Below, piece by piece: positions 45,826 through 55,507 of a DNA stretch of 55,610 nucleotides. The DNA is from a virus. Its lineage: Duplodnaviria; Caudoviricetes. The first letter of the stretch is position 1. Every line of letters starts with the position of its first letter. The DNA lies in IMG/VR virus record IMGVR_UViG_3300032069_000013, positions 1 through 55,610 of that record. One strand, written 5' to 3'. Made by a program: the position numbers and the translations under genes. The notes beneath the pieces were generated by a model. That model made no database searches. It was not told the DNA's origin and saw only the letters and a list, made by a program, of their open reading frames with translations.

Positions 45826-47624
45826 ATTACTTAGGATTCGATATTAATACTGAAACTACTCCTAAACCCTGGGGTTATCGTGAAAAAATCTGTTGGCAAG
45901 ATGCTTTACAAACTCTTGTTAAGGATACTGTTGACGGAAGTAAATACACAACTGGACATAAACATTTTAAATTATATTCCGATACTACTGGTGAATTGAC
46001 TGTGTATTGTAACTCATTAAAAGATACTACTTTTTATGGTAATATAGGAATTGGTTGTACACCGTCAGATTCATGGTTTACAGGAGTAAATTCCGTTCTT
46101 GAATTTTATGGTAGTTCTGAAATATCTTCCATTAGTAATTATGTTAATCACATAGATATTGCTTTAAATACTTTACAAACGAGTGCAGTAGAATGGAAAT
46201 ACAGAACTTCGTCTTTTGCTGCAAAATACAGTCAAATAGCCGGAGGACATGCTTTTTACAGTGCTATTTCTGGAACTACTGGAGATGTGATTTCTTTTTA
46301 TAATATATTATTAGTTCATTATACCGGTGTTACTGTTAATCTGGACAAAATTTCCGGTTATTTTTCTGTAAATGGTCAGACAACATCAAATTTATTTAAA
46401 ATAAATTTTACAACAGGAAGTGAATATATTCAGGCAAATGGTAAAGTAGGTATTAACTGTATACCTTCTCCCTGGAATGCCTCAGTTAACTCTGTCATGG
46501 AAATCTATGGAATAGATTGTAATGCAGCATTAACTCAAATGAATAGTGATTTACGTTTATCATGTGGAGCAGTACAAACAGGTACAGATGGATTAATAAG
46601 TTGGGTATACAAAAACACATCCAATGCTTATGCCACTTTATATTTACAATACCAGAATACTCATCAATTTTATGGTGTACCTAATGAAGATAACGGCACT
46701 GTATTGAATTGGACAAATAATAGAGTTTTTTATTTATCCGCCGGATTGGGAATAGCAACATTAACGGGAAGTGCTCCATATTTTGATATTATCAACACAA
46801 CACCATCCGATGCTGATGGAGGACGAGCATCAAGAATTTATGGAAGAGGTTATACTGTCGGCGGAGGTACTCCAGTATTACATGCATTGGGTTATCATGA
46901 GTTTTCATATAGTTTAACTGAGGTAGAAAGTCAAGCGGGCATGTGGAGGTTATATCTCAATGATGGAGATGATGGCAGTAATCCTTCTGTAAATATATTA
47001 AAGGCTTTATTGACGAGTATGAATTTTTATGTTGATACCTGGTTATCAAAAAGTGCACCAATATTTTACATTGAAAATACTTCACCGGGTAATGCTGACG
47101 GGGATCGTGCCTGTGTGATAAATGCGAGGGGAATGAGAACGGCAACCCTGGCAGAATTGGGGAAAATGACTTTTTCTCATTATGGAACAGGTACAGATTT
47201 TGCCGGAAAGTGGCAATTAAATCTACGTAATGCCGGATTAGATGATGTAAATATTATTACTGCATCAACAGCAGGAGGAGTAACTATTTATGACAATGTA
47301 GGGAATATAGGATTGATAATAGATGCTGATGCGGCATCGAGCAGTACAGGAAATGCTAGAATTACTTTTATAAATGATACTACACATTCAGGTGGTGTAA
47401 TGATGGCAAGAAGTGGATTAACTGCAACACTAGCAGATTCCTTAACTATTTATGCAGATGGTGTGCATGATATAAATATGAAAACCAATAATATATTACA
47501 ACAAAAAATTGCAGGAGATGGAAAAATTTATATGTATACTTTATCTGATTTAACTGCATCAGGTAATAAAGTTTATATGGTACAAGATACAGTAACAAAA
47601 GAAATAGGTTATTCCTCTACATAG
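45822..47624 (+). CDS. Tail fibre-like protein
   Basis: 600 aa; repeated GNIGIGCTPS / GKVGINCIPS segments typical of fibre repeats. Confidence 0.6.
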   Translation: MNYLGFDINTETTPKPWGYREKICWQDALQTLVKDTVDGSKYTTGHKHFKLYSDTTGELTVYCNSLKDTTFYGNIGIGCTPSDSWFTGVNSVLEFYGSSEISSISNYVNHIDIALNTLQTSAVEWKYRTSSFAAKYSQIAGGHAFYSAISGTTGDVISFYNILLVHYTGVTVNLDKISGYFSVNGQTTSNLFKINFTTGSEYIQANGKVGINCIPSPWNASVNSVMEIYGIDCNAALTQMNSDLRLSCGAVQTGTDGLISWVYKNTSNAYATLYLQYQNTHQFYGVPNEDNGTVLNWTNNRVFYLSAGLGIATLTGSAPYFDIINTTPSDADGGRASRIYGRGYTVGGGTPVLHALGYHEFSYSLTEVESQAGMWRLYLNDGDDGSNPSVNILKALLTSMNFYVDTWLSKSAPIFYIENTSPGNADGDRACVINARGMRTATLAELGKMTFSHYGTGTDFAGKWQLNLRNAGLDDVNIITASTAGGVTIYDNVGNIGLIIDADAASSSTGNARITFINDTTHSGGVMMARSGLTATLADSLTIYADGVHDINMKTNNILQQKIAGDGKIYMYTLSDLTASGNKVYMVQDTVTKEIGYSST

Positions 47625-47636
47625 AGAAAGGATTTT

Positions 47637-48092
47637 ATGAAAATATCTAGGGAACATTTCTTTCTTTTATTTACAAAGATGAAAATAAAATTCAATTCAG
47701 AAGAAAAAATAGGCGGAAAATGTGCTTATGGATTTGATAAAAACATTCAATTAATGTCAAGTGAGATAAAATCCATAGGAGTATTTGCAAAAGAAATAAA
47801 ATATACCGACTTTGAAAAAAAGTTAAAGGAATTAAATAATGCATATAAGGATGTGAAACGTGTAACGGATGAAGAAAAAGAAAAAGTAGAAAAAGAAATC
47901 GAAGAAAAAATCAAACCGTTAAAAGAAGAGTACAAAGCGGCAATAGAACAATTTGATAAATTCATAAAAGAGGAAATCGAAATTGAATTTTATAAAATAA
48001 AAATGTCGGATTTCAATGAATATTTAAAAGATGAAATTGATACTGGTAATAATTTTTTATTTTGGAAACCTTTATTGACAGAACAATTATAG
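47637..48092 (+). CDS. Hypothetical charged protein (possible fibre chaperone)
   Basis: 151 aa, K/E-rich, follows the fibre gene. Confidence 0.55.
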   Translation: MKISREHFFLLFTKMKIKFNSEEKIGGKCAYGFDKNIQLMSSEIKSIGVFAKEIKYTDFEKKLKELNNAYKDVKRVTDEEKEKVEKEIEEKIKPLKEEYKAAIEQFDKFIKEEIEIEFYKIKMSDFNEYLKDEIDTGNNFLFWKPLLTEQL

Positions 48093-48107
48093 AAATCAAA
48101 ATAATTT

Positions 48108-48767
48108 ATGGCTATATACGGCAGTAATTTTGACTACGGAGAATCTCCATATTATAAAGATGACGGCGGAATTATAAATGAAGATTCTCTTTTCGTGTTT
48201 TTTCCAAATTGGAGAGAACCGGTAAAATTGACATATCATTTTGATACAATTATATCCAATAGTCGATATGATTGTGAACAACGTAAATCTTTATTATCTC
48301 GACCTACTCGCAAACAATCTTTTTTATTGACAGAAGACATAGACGCTTCTAAAATATGGAATTATCTTTTAAGGATGCAAGCGAGTTCTTTGTATTGTCC
48401 TATTTACACGGAGTGTATTAAATTTTTAGATACGGGAAGTATCATAGGAAAGACCGAATTAAACTTCGAAGATATTACTTATTTTTATAATATAAAGAAT
48501 TATACAACCGCCATTTTACTTTACGATATAAGACAAATAGTATCAAATGAAATATTGTACATAGATTCGATTGTAATGAATAAAGTAAAATTTTTCAATG
48601 CTGTAGCAGGAGATCATTTATATCAAACGTCAAGAATTTACCCGTTATACAATTGTTATATTACCAATAAAAGCAGACGAGATGTAACAGATAAATTGAC
48701 CGAGATAGAATTAGAATTAACCGAGATTATGGAATTGACTTACATAGGAACTTACGGAGGTTCTTGA
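48108..48767 (+). CDS. Distal tail / baseplate-region protein
   Basis: FPNW..PV, T.I..S....EQR..L..RP.R. Confidence 0.55.
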   Translation: MAIYGSNFDYGESPYYKDDGGIINEDSLFVFFPNWREPVKLTYHFDTIISNSRYDCEQRKSLLSRPTRKQSFLLTEDIDASKIWNYLLRMQASSLYCPIYTECIKFLDTGSIIGKTELNFEDITYFYNIKNYTTAILLYDIRQIVSNEILYIDSIVMNKVKFFNAVAGDHLYQTSRIYPLYNCYITNKSRRDVTDKLTEIELELTEIMELTYIGTYGGS

Positions 48768-48768
48768 T

Positions 48769-49365
48769 TTGGAGCCTATTTTTTATCATAAACCGAATTG
48801 GTCACGAATACCGGATGTGAATTTTAATTTTTCACGTGAAGATACTATTTATCCCGGTACTGTAAGAACTTTATCACAAATAAATATTCCGGTACGTTCC
48901 TTTAAATACGGATATACTAATTTAAACAAAACAGACGAGTATGATATACTGAGTTTTTTTATTGATCGTAAAGGAAGACAGAAAAACTTTTGGCTGCCTA
49001 TATGGAAAAATACCTATGTCTGTATTTCTGATATTCTGATCGGGACATTGCAAATATTGATAAAGGAAAGTAACGCAAGGTATAATTACAATCAATATGA
49101 ATATGTTTTTATAGAAACAATTTACAATGAATTTTTTTATTATCAGATTAATAGTATAGAGTATGTGAACTCGACAACTGAGAAAATTAATTTGAATAAT
49201 ACGATTATTCAAACAGTCAATATAGAGAACATAAAATATTGTGGTAAATTATTATTAGTACGATTTGACACCGATGATCTCGAATTTACTTATCCTACTT
49301 CGAGAACAAACGAATTGACTTTACCTTTTATAGAATTAGTAAATGAATATTATGAGCACGAGTGA
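48769..49365 (+). CDS. Distal tail-like protein
   Basis: KPNW, FF..RKGR...FWLP.W, LVRFDTD. Confidence 0.55.
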   Translation: MEPIFYHKPNWSRIPDVNFNFSREDTIYPGTVRTLSQINIPVRSFKYGYTNLNKTDEYDILSFFIDRKGRQKNFWLPIWKNTYVCISDILIGTLQILIKESNARYNYNQYEYVFIETIYNEFFYYQINSIEYVNSTTEKINLNNTIIQTVNIENIKYCGKLLLVRFDTDDLEFTYPTSRTNELTLPFIELVNEYYEHE

Positions 49366-49453
49366 TAAACTTTACAGATCAATAGATTATGGCCAGACTT
49401 GGATAGAAGTTGCTTCCGATCAAAACTGGTATAGTCTAGCAATGTCAGGATAA
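49352..49453 (+). CDS. 33-aa ORF consisting of one Asp-box/BNR blade
   Basis: Manual translation MSTSDKLYRSIDYGQTWIEVASDQNWYSLAMSG*. Confidence 0.4.
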   Translation: MSTSDKLYRSIDYGQTWIEVASDQNWYSLAMSG

Positions 49454-49460
49454 TATTTAT

Positions 49461-50267
49461 ATGAGTATAAATAATAAATTATCAGAAATACAACAAATTG
49501 ACAGTCTGGAAATATATGACTTTATCACAGAGGTGTATACTTACAGATATACGAGTTATGACAAAGAAGTAATTATAGACAATAATACATATCTGCCCGT
49601 ATCCATAAAACGAAGCGGATTCAGGCGCGATTTAAACAGAGGAATTATAGAATGTACGATTACTGCTCCTATCTCTGTTTTATTCAATCAATTTATTACT
49701 TTATATCCTTTACTTTCAATAAAAGTAAAAATAAAAAAATATTTTATAGATGATTTTACAGAATACATCATGGTTTTTAATGGAATAATAAAAGGGATAA
49801 CTATCTCTGGAAAAGAACGTATCGCTTCGGCTAATTGTGTTTCAAGTATGGACGAATTAAATACTAAAGTGCCTTATATTTTTGTACAATCTTTTTGTAA
49901 CAACAGTCTATATGATTCTATTTGTAAACTAAATAAAAATAATTTTTCACAGTCTGTACAGATTATTCTTGATCCTGCCGATAAAACAAAAATTACATTA
50001 CTCGGGGTGATTTTAACAGATGATTATTATACTTTGGGAACTATGGAATATGAAAAAGAAAAACGTCTGATTATAGAACAAAAAGGAAGTATATGCAAGA
50101 TTCAAATTCCTTTTATAGATTTAACAGATAATTCTTTAGTCAAGATAATAAGAGGATGTGATAAAACTAAAGAAACTTGTTACAACACCTTTAAAAATAT
50201 AGATAATTTTTTGGGTATGCCTTACGTAAAAAGCGGACAAAATCCTGTAGATTTTGGAGTAACATGA
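49461..50267 (+). CDS. Baseplate hub protein (DUF2163/BR0599-like)
   Basis: YRYTSYD, C...LYD..C, GCDK...TC...F.N..NF.GMPY. Confidence 0.75.
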   Translation: MSINNKLSEIQQIDSLEIYDFITEVYTYRYTSYDKEVIIDNNTYLPVSIKRSGFRRDLNRGIIECTITAPISVLFNQFITLYPLLSIKVKIKKYFIDDFTEYIMVFNGIIKGITISGKERIASANCVSSMDELNTKVPYIFVQSFCNNSLYDSICKLNKNNFSQSVQIILDPADKTKITLLGVILTDDYYTLGTMEYEKEKRLIIEQKGSICKIQIPFIDLTDNSLVKIIRGCDKTKETCYNTFKNIDNFLGMPYVKSGQNPVDFGVT

Positions 50268-50752
50268 AAAAAGTTTTTGAAAATACTTTACTAAAAGAAA
50301 ATTTAAACAGAGAAATTAAGTCTTGGTTAGAGACTCCTTATTGTCACTGGGGAAACAAAAAAGGAATAGGGGCGGATTGTTCCCTTTTTATTTTAAAAAT
50401 TTTTCAGGATATTGGTATTATAAATGATTTTACCATACCTTATCGGGATAGAGTATGGAGCAAATACGGAACCGAGGAAGTTTTACTGCAAAAGATAGAG
50501 GAAATCAGAATAAAATATATAAAAATGAATTACTACCTTTTGCAGATTTTTGAAAAAACATTTTTCTTTGGAGACCTTTTGACATTCTCTTCCAGAGACA
50601 GACTGACGGATCACATGGCTATTTATATTGATAAAGGTGAAATTGTTGAATCAACCGAGTCTATGGGAGTACATGTTTTAAAGTTGGATAATCGTATATG
50701 TAAACTAAGCAATTATTATAGATTTTACGAAAGAATAAAAGTATGGGCGTAG
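50264..50752 (+). CDS. NlpC/P60 tail-associated peptidase
   Basis: SWL.TPY.H.G..KG.GADCS, GDLL.F, DHMAIY. Confidence 0.8.
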   Translation: MKKVFENTLLKENLNREIKSWLETPYCHWGNKKGIGADCSLFILKIFQDIGIINDFTIPYRDRVWSKYGTEEVLLQKIEEIRIKYIKMNYYLLQIFEKTFFFGDLLTFSSRDRLTDHMAIYIDKGEIVESTESMGVHVLKLDNRICKLSNYYRFYERIKVWA

Positions 50753-53118
50753 AAACTGCTATAGTTATTATAAGTTTGTTAGCATCTGCTGTCAGTTTGG
50801 TTATAGGAATAGTCGCTGCTCATAAAGCAGGCGATACACCGTTTTCCAGTGTAGAAAACGAACAAAAAAATCTTGTGGATATACGAAGAATAGAAATGAG
50901 TGAAGGTCTTTGCGTACCGATTATTTACGGCTCTTCTGAAATTGGAGGAAATATTATATGGTGGGATTATAGTCAATACGATCCTACGCATTATCAAGTT
51001 AAGGTATGGTTGACTTTAGCACAAGGTGTGTGTGTAAAATCTTACGGAAATGACTCTGCTAACAATTGGATAATGGTTGATGGAAAATATTTTAAATCAA
51101 GTAATATAGATTATATTTTAAGAACCGGTTTAAATAATACAAAATTGCCTCAGAAAGTAGCGTTTGAAAATGTTTTAGACTCTTTGCCGGATATAGGAAA
51201 ATATGCTTCAGGACTGAAAGAACTGGCGCATATTTTTATTTACAAATATATTCTTGAAGAATACGCAAAATATATACCTTTATTTACATTTAAGATTAAA
51301 AGAGTTTTAAACACTCCGATCATTAACCAAGAAATTTATAAAGCGGAATCTTTTTTAATATTTGATGCTGATATGTTAATTGAATATACTTTTAGTGATA
51401 TATATAATAATTTTGTCGTCAATGAATCTTTTGTAAAAGTGGCTATGGATAGAACCGGAAAATATAGATTATTGTCAAGTTCAGCGAAAACCCGTGGCGG
51501 TTTTGCTTTTACGGCTGGATATCTTTGGTTGTCTGTTGATTATGGAGTTACGTATACTAAAGTATATCCGGGAAAAGAAGCATGGACTTCTGTAGCTATA
51601 AGTAAATCCGGACATGTAATGTTAGCTACTATAAGTGAATCATACCCTAAATTATCCTTAGATTTTGGAACTACTTGGAATACATTAGTGACGCCTTTAG
51701 GGATTAATGCTCAATATAGTTGCTGTGCTATTGATGAGAACGGAAGTACTTTTTTAATAGGTGCTATGAATGGAGCTATAGCTATTACGCATCATTATGG
51801 AAGTGTTTGGTATCCTTCTGTTTTATCCGGTTACCAGTGGTGGGATTTGGCTTGTAGTGATGACGGTCAAGTAATGCTCGGAGCCGCTCTTGACAGAACT
51901 GATATAGCTAAATCTACCGATGGAGGAACAACTTGGGGGGTTTGTGGTACTTTTACAGAACCTTGCGGTATATGCATGGATTCTTATGGTGTACGATTTT
52001 ACGCTATAGATTATTCATTAAAAAGAGTTTATGCTTCTTATAATTCCGGTATATCGTGGGTAAGTATTTCTGATGATATAGAATGTTTATCATGTATCCG
52101 TTGTGATGACACAGGTAAATTAATTGTAGTAAGTCAACGAGCAGATAGTACCGTCGGTGTTTTAGGAAGAGGATATTTTACTAGTTCAGATTATGGAAAT
52201 ACATTGACAGAACGATTTATTCCGGGTGTAGATAATATTCCGACAACATGTTGTATATCCGGAAATGGTAATTATTTTATTATAGATAATGTTGATTTAG
52301 CTGTTCTTTTGTGGGTTGATGAACTCTGGCAGCAAAATTGTCAAATATCCCGAAATATTTTCTTGGGGCATAATCCTGTTGCTGTTATTTATGATCTTCT
52401 TATAAATCAATTAAAAAAATCTTCCAGTGACATAGATTTAATAAGTTTCAATAACGCTGCGAATGAAATGTACAACAAATTATACTCTGTAAATATGACT
52501 ATTAACCAGCCAAAAACCGTTAAGGAAATAGTAGATCAGATTCAGACAGTATATGATATTTATTTGATAAAAAATACGGAAGATAAATATGCGATTTTAT
52601 TTTTTAAGGATACCGATATTTCCAATTGTAAAGCAACTATTTATGATCCCGATATTATAGATTTAAATTTTACCCGTAAATCATGGGACGATACCTTTAA
52701 TTCTTTCACAGGTACATACAATCCTGCTTATGAGATAGATACTCAATACCCCGAAGGCGTGAATTTATACTCGCTAAATCAGCGATCTGTTACGGTAAAA
52801 AATGACGCTAATATTTTATTAACCGGAAATGTAAGATCGAAATCTATTGATCTGTCTATCATGGGTTATAAGCCGTCAGTAGAGAACAGACTGAAAGAGA
52901 TCATGGCGCGTGAGTCTTATCCTTTTTCTGTTGTAAGTGTTACCGTAGGTCTGAAATTTTCTTTTGTTGGTCTGGGAGACATTGTAAAAATAAGTAGCGT
53001 CGATTATTCAATAAATAATTATTTTCGTATCATTGATATTGACAATATGGAAATTGACAAAAACGAATTTAAAATGACACTTATGGAATTAAGAGAGGTT
53101 TTAACCGCTTCCTTGTAA
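50743..53118 (+). CDS. Tail tip / central fibre protein with inserted beta-propeller
   Basis: EG..VPIIYG...IGGNIIW N-terminus; Asp-boxes SVDYGVTY, SLDFGTTW, STDGGTTW, SSDYGNT; NPVAVIYDLL; LGDIV C-terminus. Confidence 0.75.
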   Translation: MGVETAIVIISLLASAVSLVIGIVAAHKAGDTPFSSVENEQKNLVDIRRIEMSEGLCVPIIYGSSEIGGNIIWWDYSQYDPTHYQVKVWLTLAQGVCVKSYGNDSANNWIMVDGKYFKSSNIDYILRTGLNNTKLPQKVAFENVLDSLPDIGKYASGLKELAHIFIYKYILEEYAKYIPLFTFKIKRVLNTPIINQEIYKAESFLIFDADMLIEYTFSDIYNNFVVNESFVKVAMDRTGKYRLLSSSAKTRGGFAFTAGYLWLSVDYGVTYTKVYPGKEAWTSVAISKSGHVMLATISESYPKLSLDFGTTWNTLVTPLGINAQYSCCAIDENGSTFLIGAMNGAIAITHHYGSVWYPSVLSGYQWWDLACSDDGQVMLGAALDRTDIAKSTDGGTTWGVCGTFTEPCGICMDSYGVRFYAIDYSLKRVYASYNSGISWVSISDDIECLSCIRCDDTGKLIVVSQRADSTVGVLGRGYFTSSDYGNTLTERFIPGVDNIPTTCCISGNGNYFIIDNVDLAVLLWVDELWQQNCQISRNIFLGHNPVAVIYDLLINQLKKSSSDIDLISFNNAANEMYNKLYSVNMTINQPKTVKEIVDQIQTVYDIYLIKNTEDKYAILFFKDTDISNCKATIYDPDIIDLNFTRKSWDDTFNSFTGTYNPAYEIDTQYPEGVNLYSLNQRSVTVKNDANILLTGNVRSKSIDLSIMGYKPSVENRLKEIMARESYPFSVVSVTVGLKFSFVGLGDIVKISSVDYSINNYFRIIDIDNMEIDKNEFKMTLMELREVLTASL

Positions 53119-53125
53119 CCTATTA

Positions 53126-53190
53126 TATCTTCAATAAAATCAATGACTTAGGTCATACACCTTTGTATCTTCAATAAAATCAATAACTTA
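53126..53190. repeat. 25-bp direct repeat x2 (period 40)
   Basis: tatcttcaataaaatcaat(g/a)actta at 53126-53150 and 53166-53190. Confidence 0.9.
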
Positions 53191-53209
53191 CGTAGTGTAC
53201 ATTTTTTAG

Positions 53210-53263
53210 TTTTTTTATCAAAAATGTGATCGTTTTTGATAAAAAAAATGTATATTATATAAT
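53210..53263 (+). promoter_or_regulatory. Sigma70-like early promoter overlapped by a 15-bp perfect inverted repeat
   Basis: tttttttatcaaaaa-tgtgatcg-tttttgataaaaaaa; TTGATA (53236-41), 16 nt, TATAAT (53258-63). Confidence 0.55.
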
Positions 53264-53299
53264 AAGAAAACAACATAAACCTAAACAGAGGAGTGAGTT

Positions 53300-53767
53300 A
53301 TGAAAATTACACAGTATCAGTTATTAAAATCAGGTGTTGACAAATGGAACACCTGGAGAAAAGAAAACCCCGGTGTTAAGATTGACCTGACAGATGCTGA
53401 CTTGACACGTGCTAACCTATCACACGCTGACCTGACAGATGCTGACCTGACACGTGCTAACCTACCATACGCTGACCTGACACGTGCTAACCTGACACGT
53501 GCTAACCTGATAGATGCTAACCTGGCATGTACTAACCTGACACGTGCTGACCTGACACGTGCTGACCTGTCATGTACTAACCTGACATATGCTAACCTGA
53601 TAGATGCTAATCTGACAGATGCTAACCTGACACGTGCTAACCTGACAGATGCTGACTTGACACGTGCTAATCTGACAGATGCTAACCTGACACGTGCTAA
53701 CCTATCACACGCTGACCTGACAGATGCTAACCTGTCACACGCTAACCTGACAGATGCGCTACTTTAA
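53300..53767 (+). CDS. Pentapeptide-repeat protein
   Basis: LLKSGVDKWNTWRKENP cap followed by ~25 A[DN]Lxx repeats. Confidence 0.9.
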   Translation: MKITQYQLLKSGVDKWNTWRKENPGVKIDLTDADLTRANLSHADLTDADLTRANLPYADLTRANLTRANLIDANLACTNLTRADLTRADLSCTNLTYANLIDANLTDANLTRANLTDADLTRANLTDANLTRANLSHADLTDANLSHANLTDALL

Positions 53768-53827
53768 TAAACAAGACATAGGTGTCAATACCATAGTTTT
53801 ACTTAAACTTAAACAGAGGAGTGAGTT

Positions 53828-54403
53828 ATGAAAATTACCCGAACCGATTGCAAAATTATCGTATCATCGTCTTATAACGCTGATCTGATTCCTCTCGCTC
53901 ATGCAGCCGGCGGAAAATGGAATAGAGATCACGCCGTGTGGGAATACGATATTAGGGCGGAACAGCAGGTTGCAGAGGCGTATCGTACTGCATACGGGTA
54001 CTGGGATGATGTGGTTGATACTGTGGTTTTGCGCTGCACATCTGATGCTGAGGCTACCATACGTACTGATAGCCTGAAATTAGGCGGCCGCCCGATTGCC
54101 AGAGCGTCAGGGCGCAATAGTGGTGCCAGGCTATGTGATGGTGTGATTATATTGAATGGTGGTTTCAGTAGTGGCGGTAGCGTGAAAAATTGGCAAACGG
54201 TATGCAAAGCAGGAACCAGTTTTCGTTTGCTGGATGTACCAAAACCGATGGCGGAAAAACTGGTTGCTGATCCTGACTGGTGCTCAGAAATAGAAATTGA
54301 GCCAACCGAAAAACCAGCGGAAATCAACCGCGACGCGCTAATCGAGGAGCGTACAAAATTAATGACTAGAATTACAGAAATTGACGCAATTCTGCATCAA
54401 TAA
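53828..54403 (+). CDS. Hypothetical early protein
   Basis: 191 aa; GGKWN....WEY motif; same leader and MKIT start as 53300. Confidence 0.75.
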   Translation: MKITRTDCKIIVSSSYNADLIPLAHAAGGKWNRDHAVWEYDIRAEQQVAEAYRTAYGYWDDVVDTVVLRCTSDAEATIRTDSLKLGGRPIARASGRNSGARLCDGVIILNGGFSSGGSVKNWQTVCKAGTSFRLLDVPKPMAEKLVADPDWCSEIEIEPTEKPAEINRDALIEERTKLMTRITEIDAILHQ

Positions 54404-54453
54404 TCGGAAGCCTATATTATTAATTTCTTAAACCTAAACTAAAGGAATGTTTT

Positions 54454-55416
54454 ATGACCCCCAAACAATTTTTAGAGCAAAAATCAACAAAATTAGAACG
54501 GTTGGCAGGAACTCGCGGAATAATTGAAAAACGCGAACGACTGCAAAAATTAATACGGTACCACGCCCAATATACTGGCAGGATGTACCCGATTAATTAT
54601 CATCTGGCAGAAAAAAAACGGGTAGAGGATAAATTGTATACAGAGTATTGCCGGACAAAAAAACTGGCAGCAATCAATGATCCGTTAACGTGGAGACGAG
54701 GAAAATACGGTGAGTTTATCATGGGAAAAGGGCTGCCGACATATGGCCGTTTTGAGCAATTGTATATTGATCGATACAACAAATTACTACAGGCCGAAAA
54801 AAGTATCCTCAACGATCTGCGAAAAAATGCAGATGAACACGGATGGATGGAACGGAGATCATGGGAAAAGGGCCGTGGTGAAGAACTTTCGATTGATCTG
54901 TATGGTGCGGATTTTGATAAAAATCTGTATGTTGTGCAGGTTAGGCAAGCCAGCCGTGCGCGCACTAGTTACTGGTTGGAGGTGCGTAAATCCTATTTTT
55001 TGATCGGCAGAAACGAAAACGGACTCGCATTTGCACATTGCATTAATGGAGCAGGAGTCCGGGCAGCAATCAGACAAGAAACAGAGGCCAAACCAGAAAC
55101 AGCGGTAAATGCTGCATTAAAATGGATATGGAGTACGGATAGATATACGGAGATTGTACGTCAGGGCGATATCGGATTATTACCCGTAAAATTAAAACCA
55201 GCAATAAAACCTATTGGTGCGCATGTGATAATGGTAGTAGATGCTCATCAATTGTGGAGTGGGGAAATCAGGAAAAATGGTAAATTATTTGCCAAAAATC
55301 CTTATCTCCATCATGTTAAAAAACAGCATCCAGACGTTAAATGCAATGGATGGTATCAGGTAATTGTCGGAAAGAGAGAACTGCCCTGGAGTTTTGCTCC
55401 AGCAACAAAAGACTAG
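54454..55416 (+). CDS. Hypothetical early protein with RQGD motif
   Basis: 320 aa; IVRQGDIGLLPV...H...LHH..QHP; taaacctaaactaaagga leader. Confidence 0.75.
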   Translation: MTPKQFLEQKSTKLERLAGTRGIIEKRERLQKLIRYHAQYTGRMYPINYHLAEKKRVEDKLYTEYCRTKKLAAINDPLTWRRGKYGEFIMGKGLPTYGRFEQLYIDRYNKLLQAEKSILNDLRKNADEHGWMERRSWEKGRGEELSIDLYGADFDKNLYVVQVRQASRARTSYWLEVRKSYFLIGRNENGLAFAHCINGAGVRAAIRQETEAKPETAVNAALKWIWSTDRYTEIVRQGDIGLLPVKLKPAIKPIGAHVIMVVDAHQLWSGEIRKNGKLFAKNPYLHHVKKQHPDVKCNGWYQVIVGKRELPWSFAPATKD

Positions 55417-55507
55417 TACAGAGAGAGGTATAAAAATTAATCTCATAGGCGCCGATCTCGTAGGTGCTATCAGGGATTAATCAAAATTCACAAGTCCGAA
55501 CAATTTT

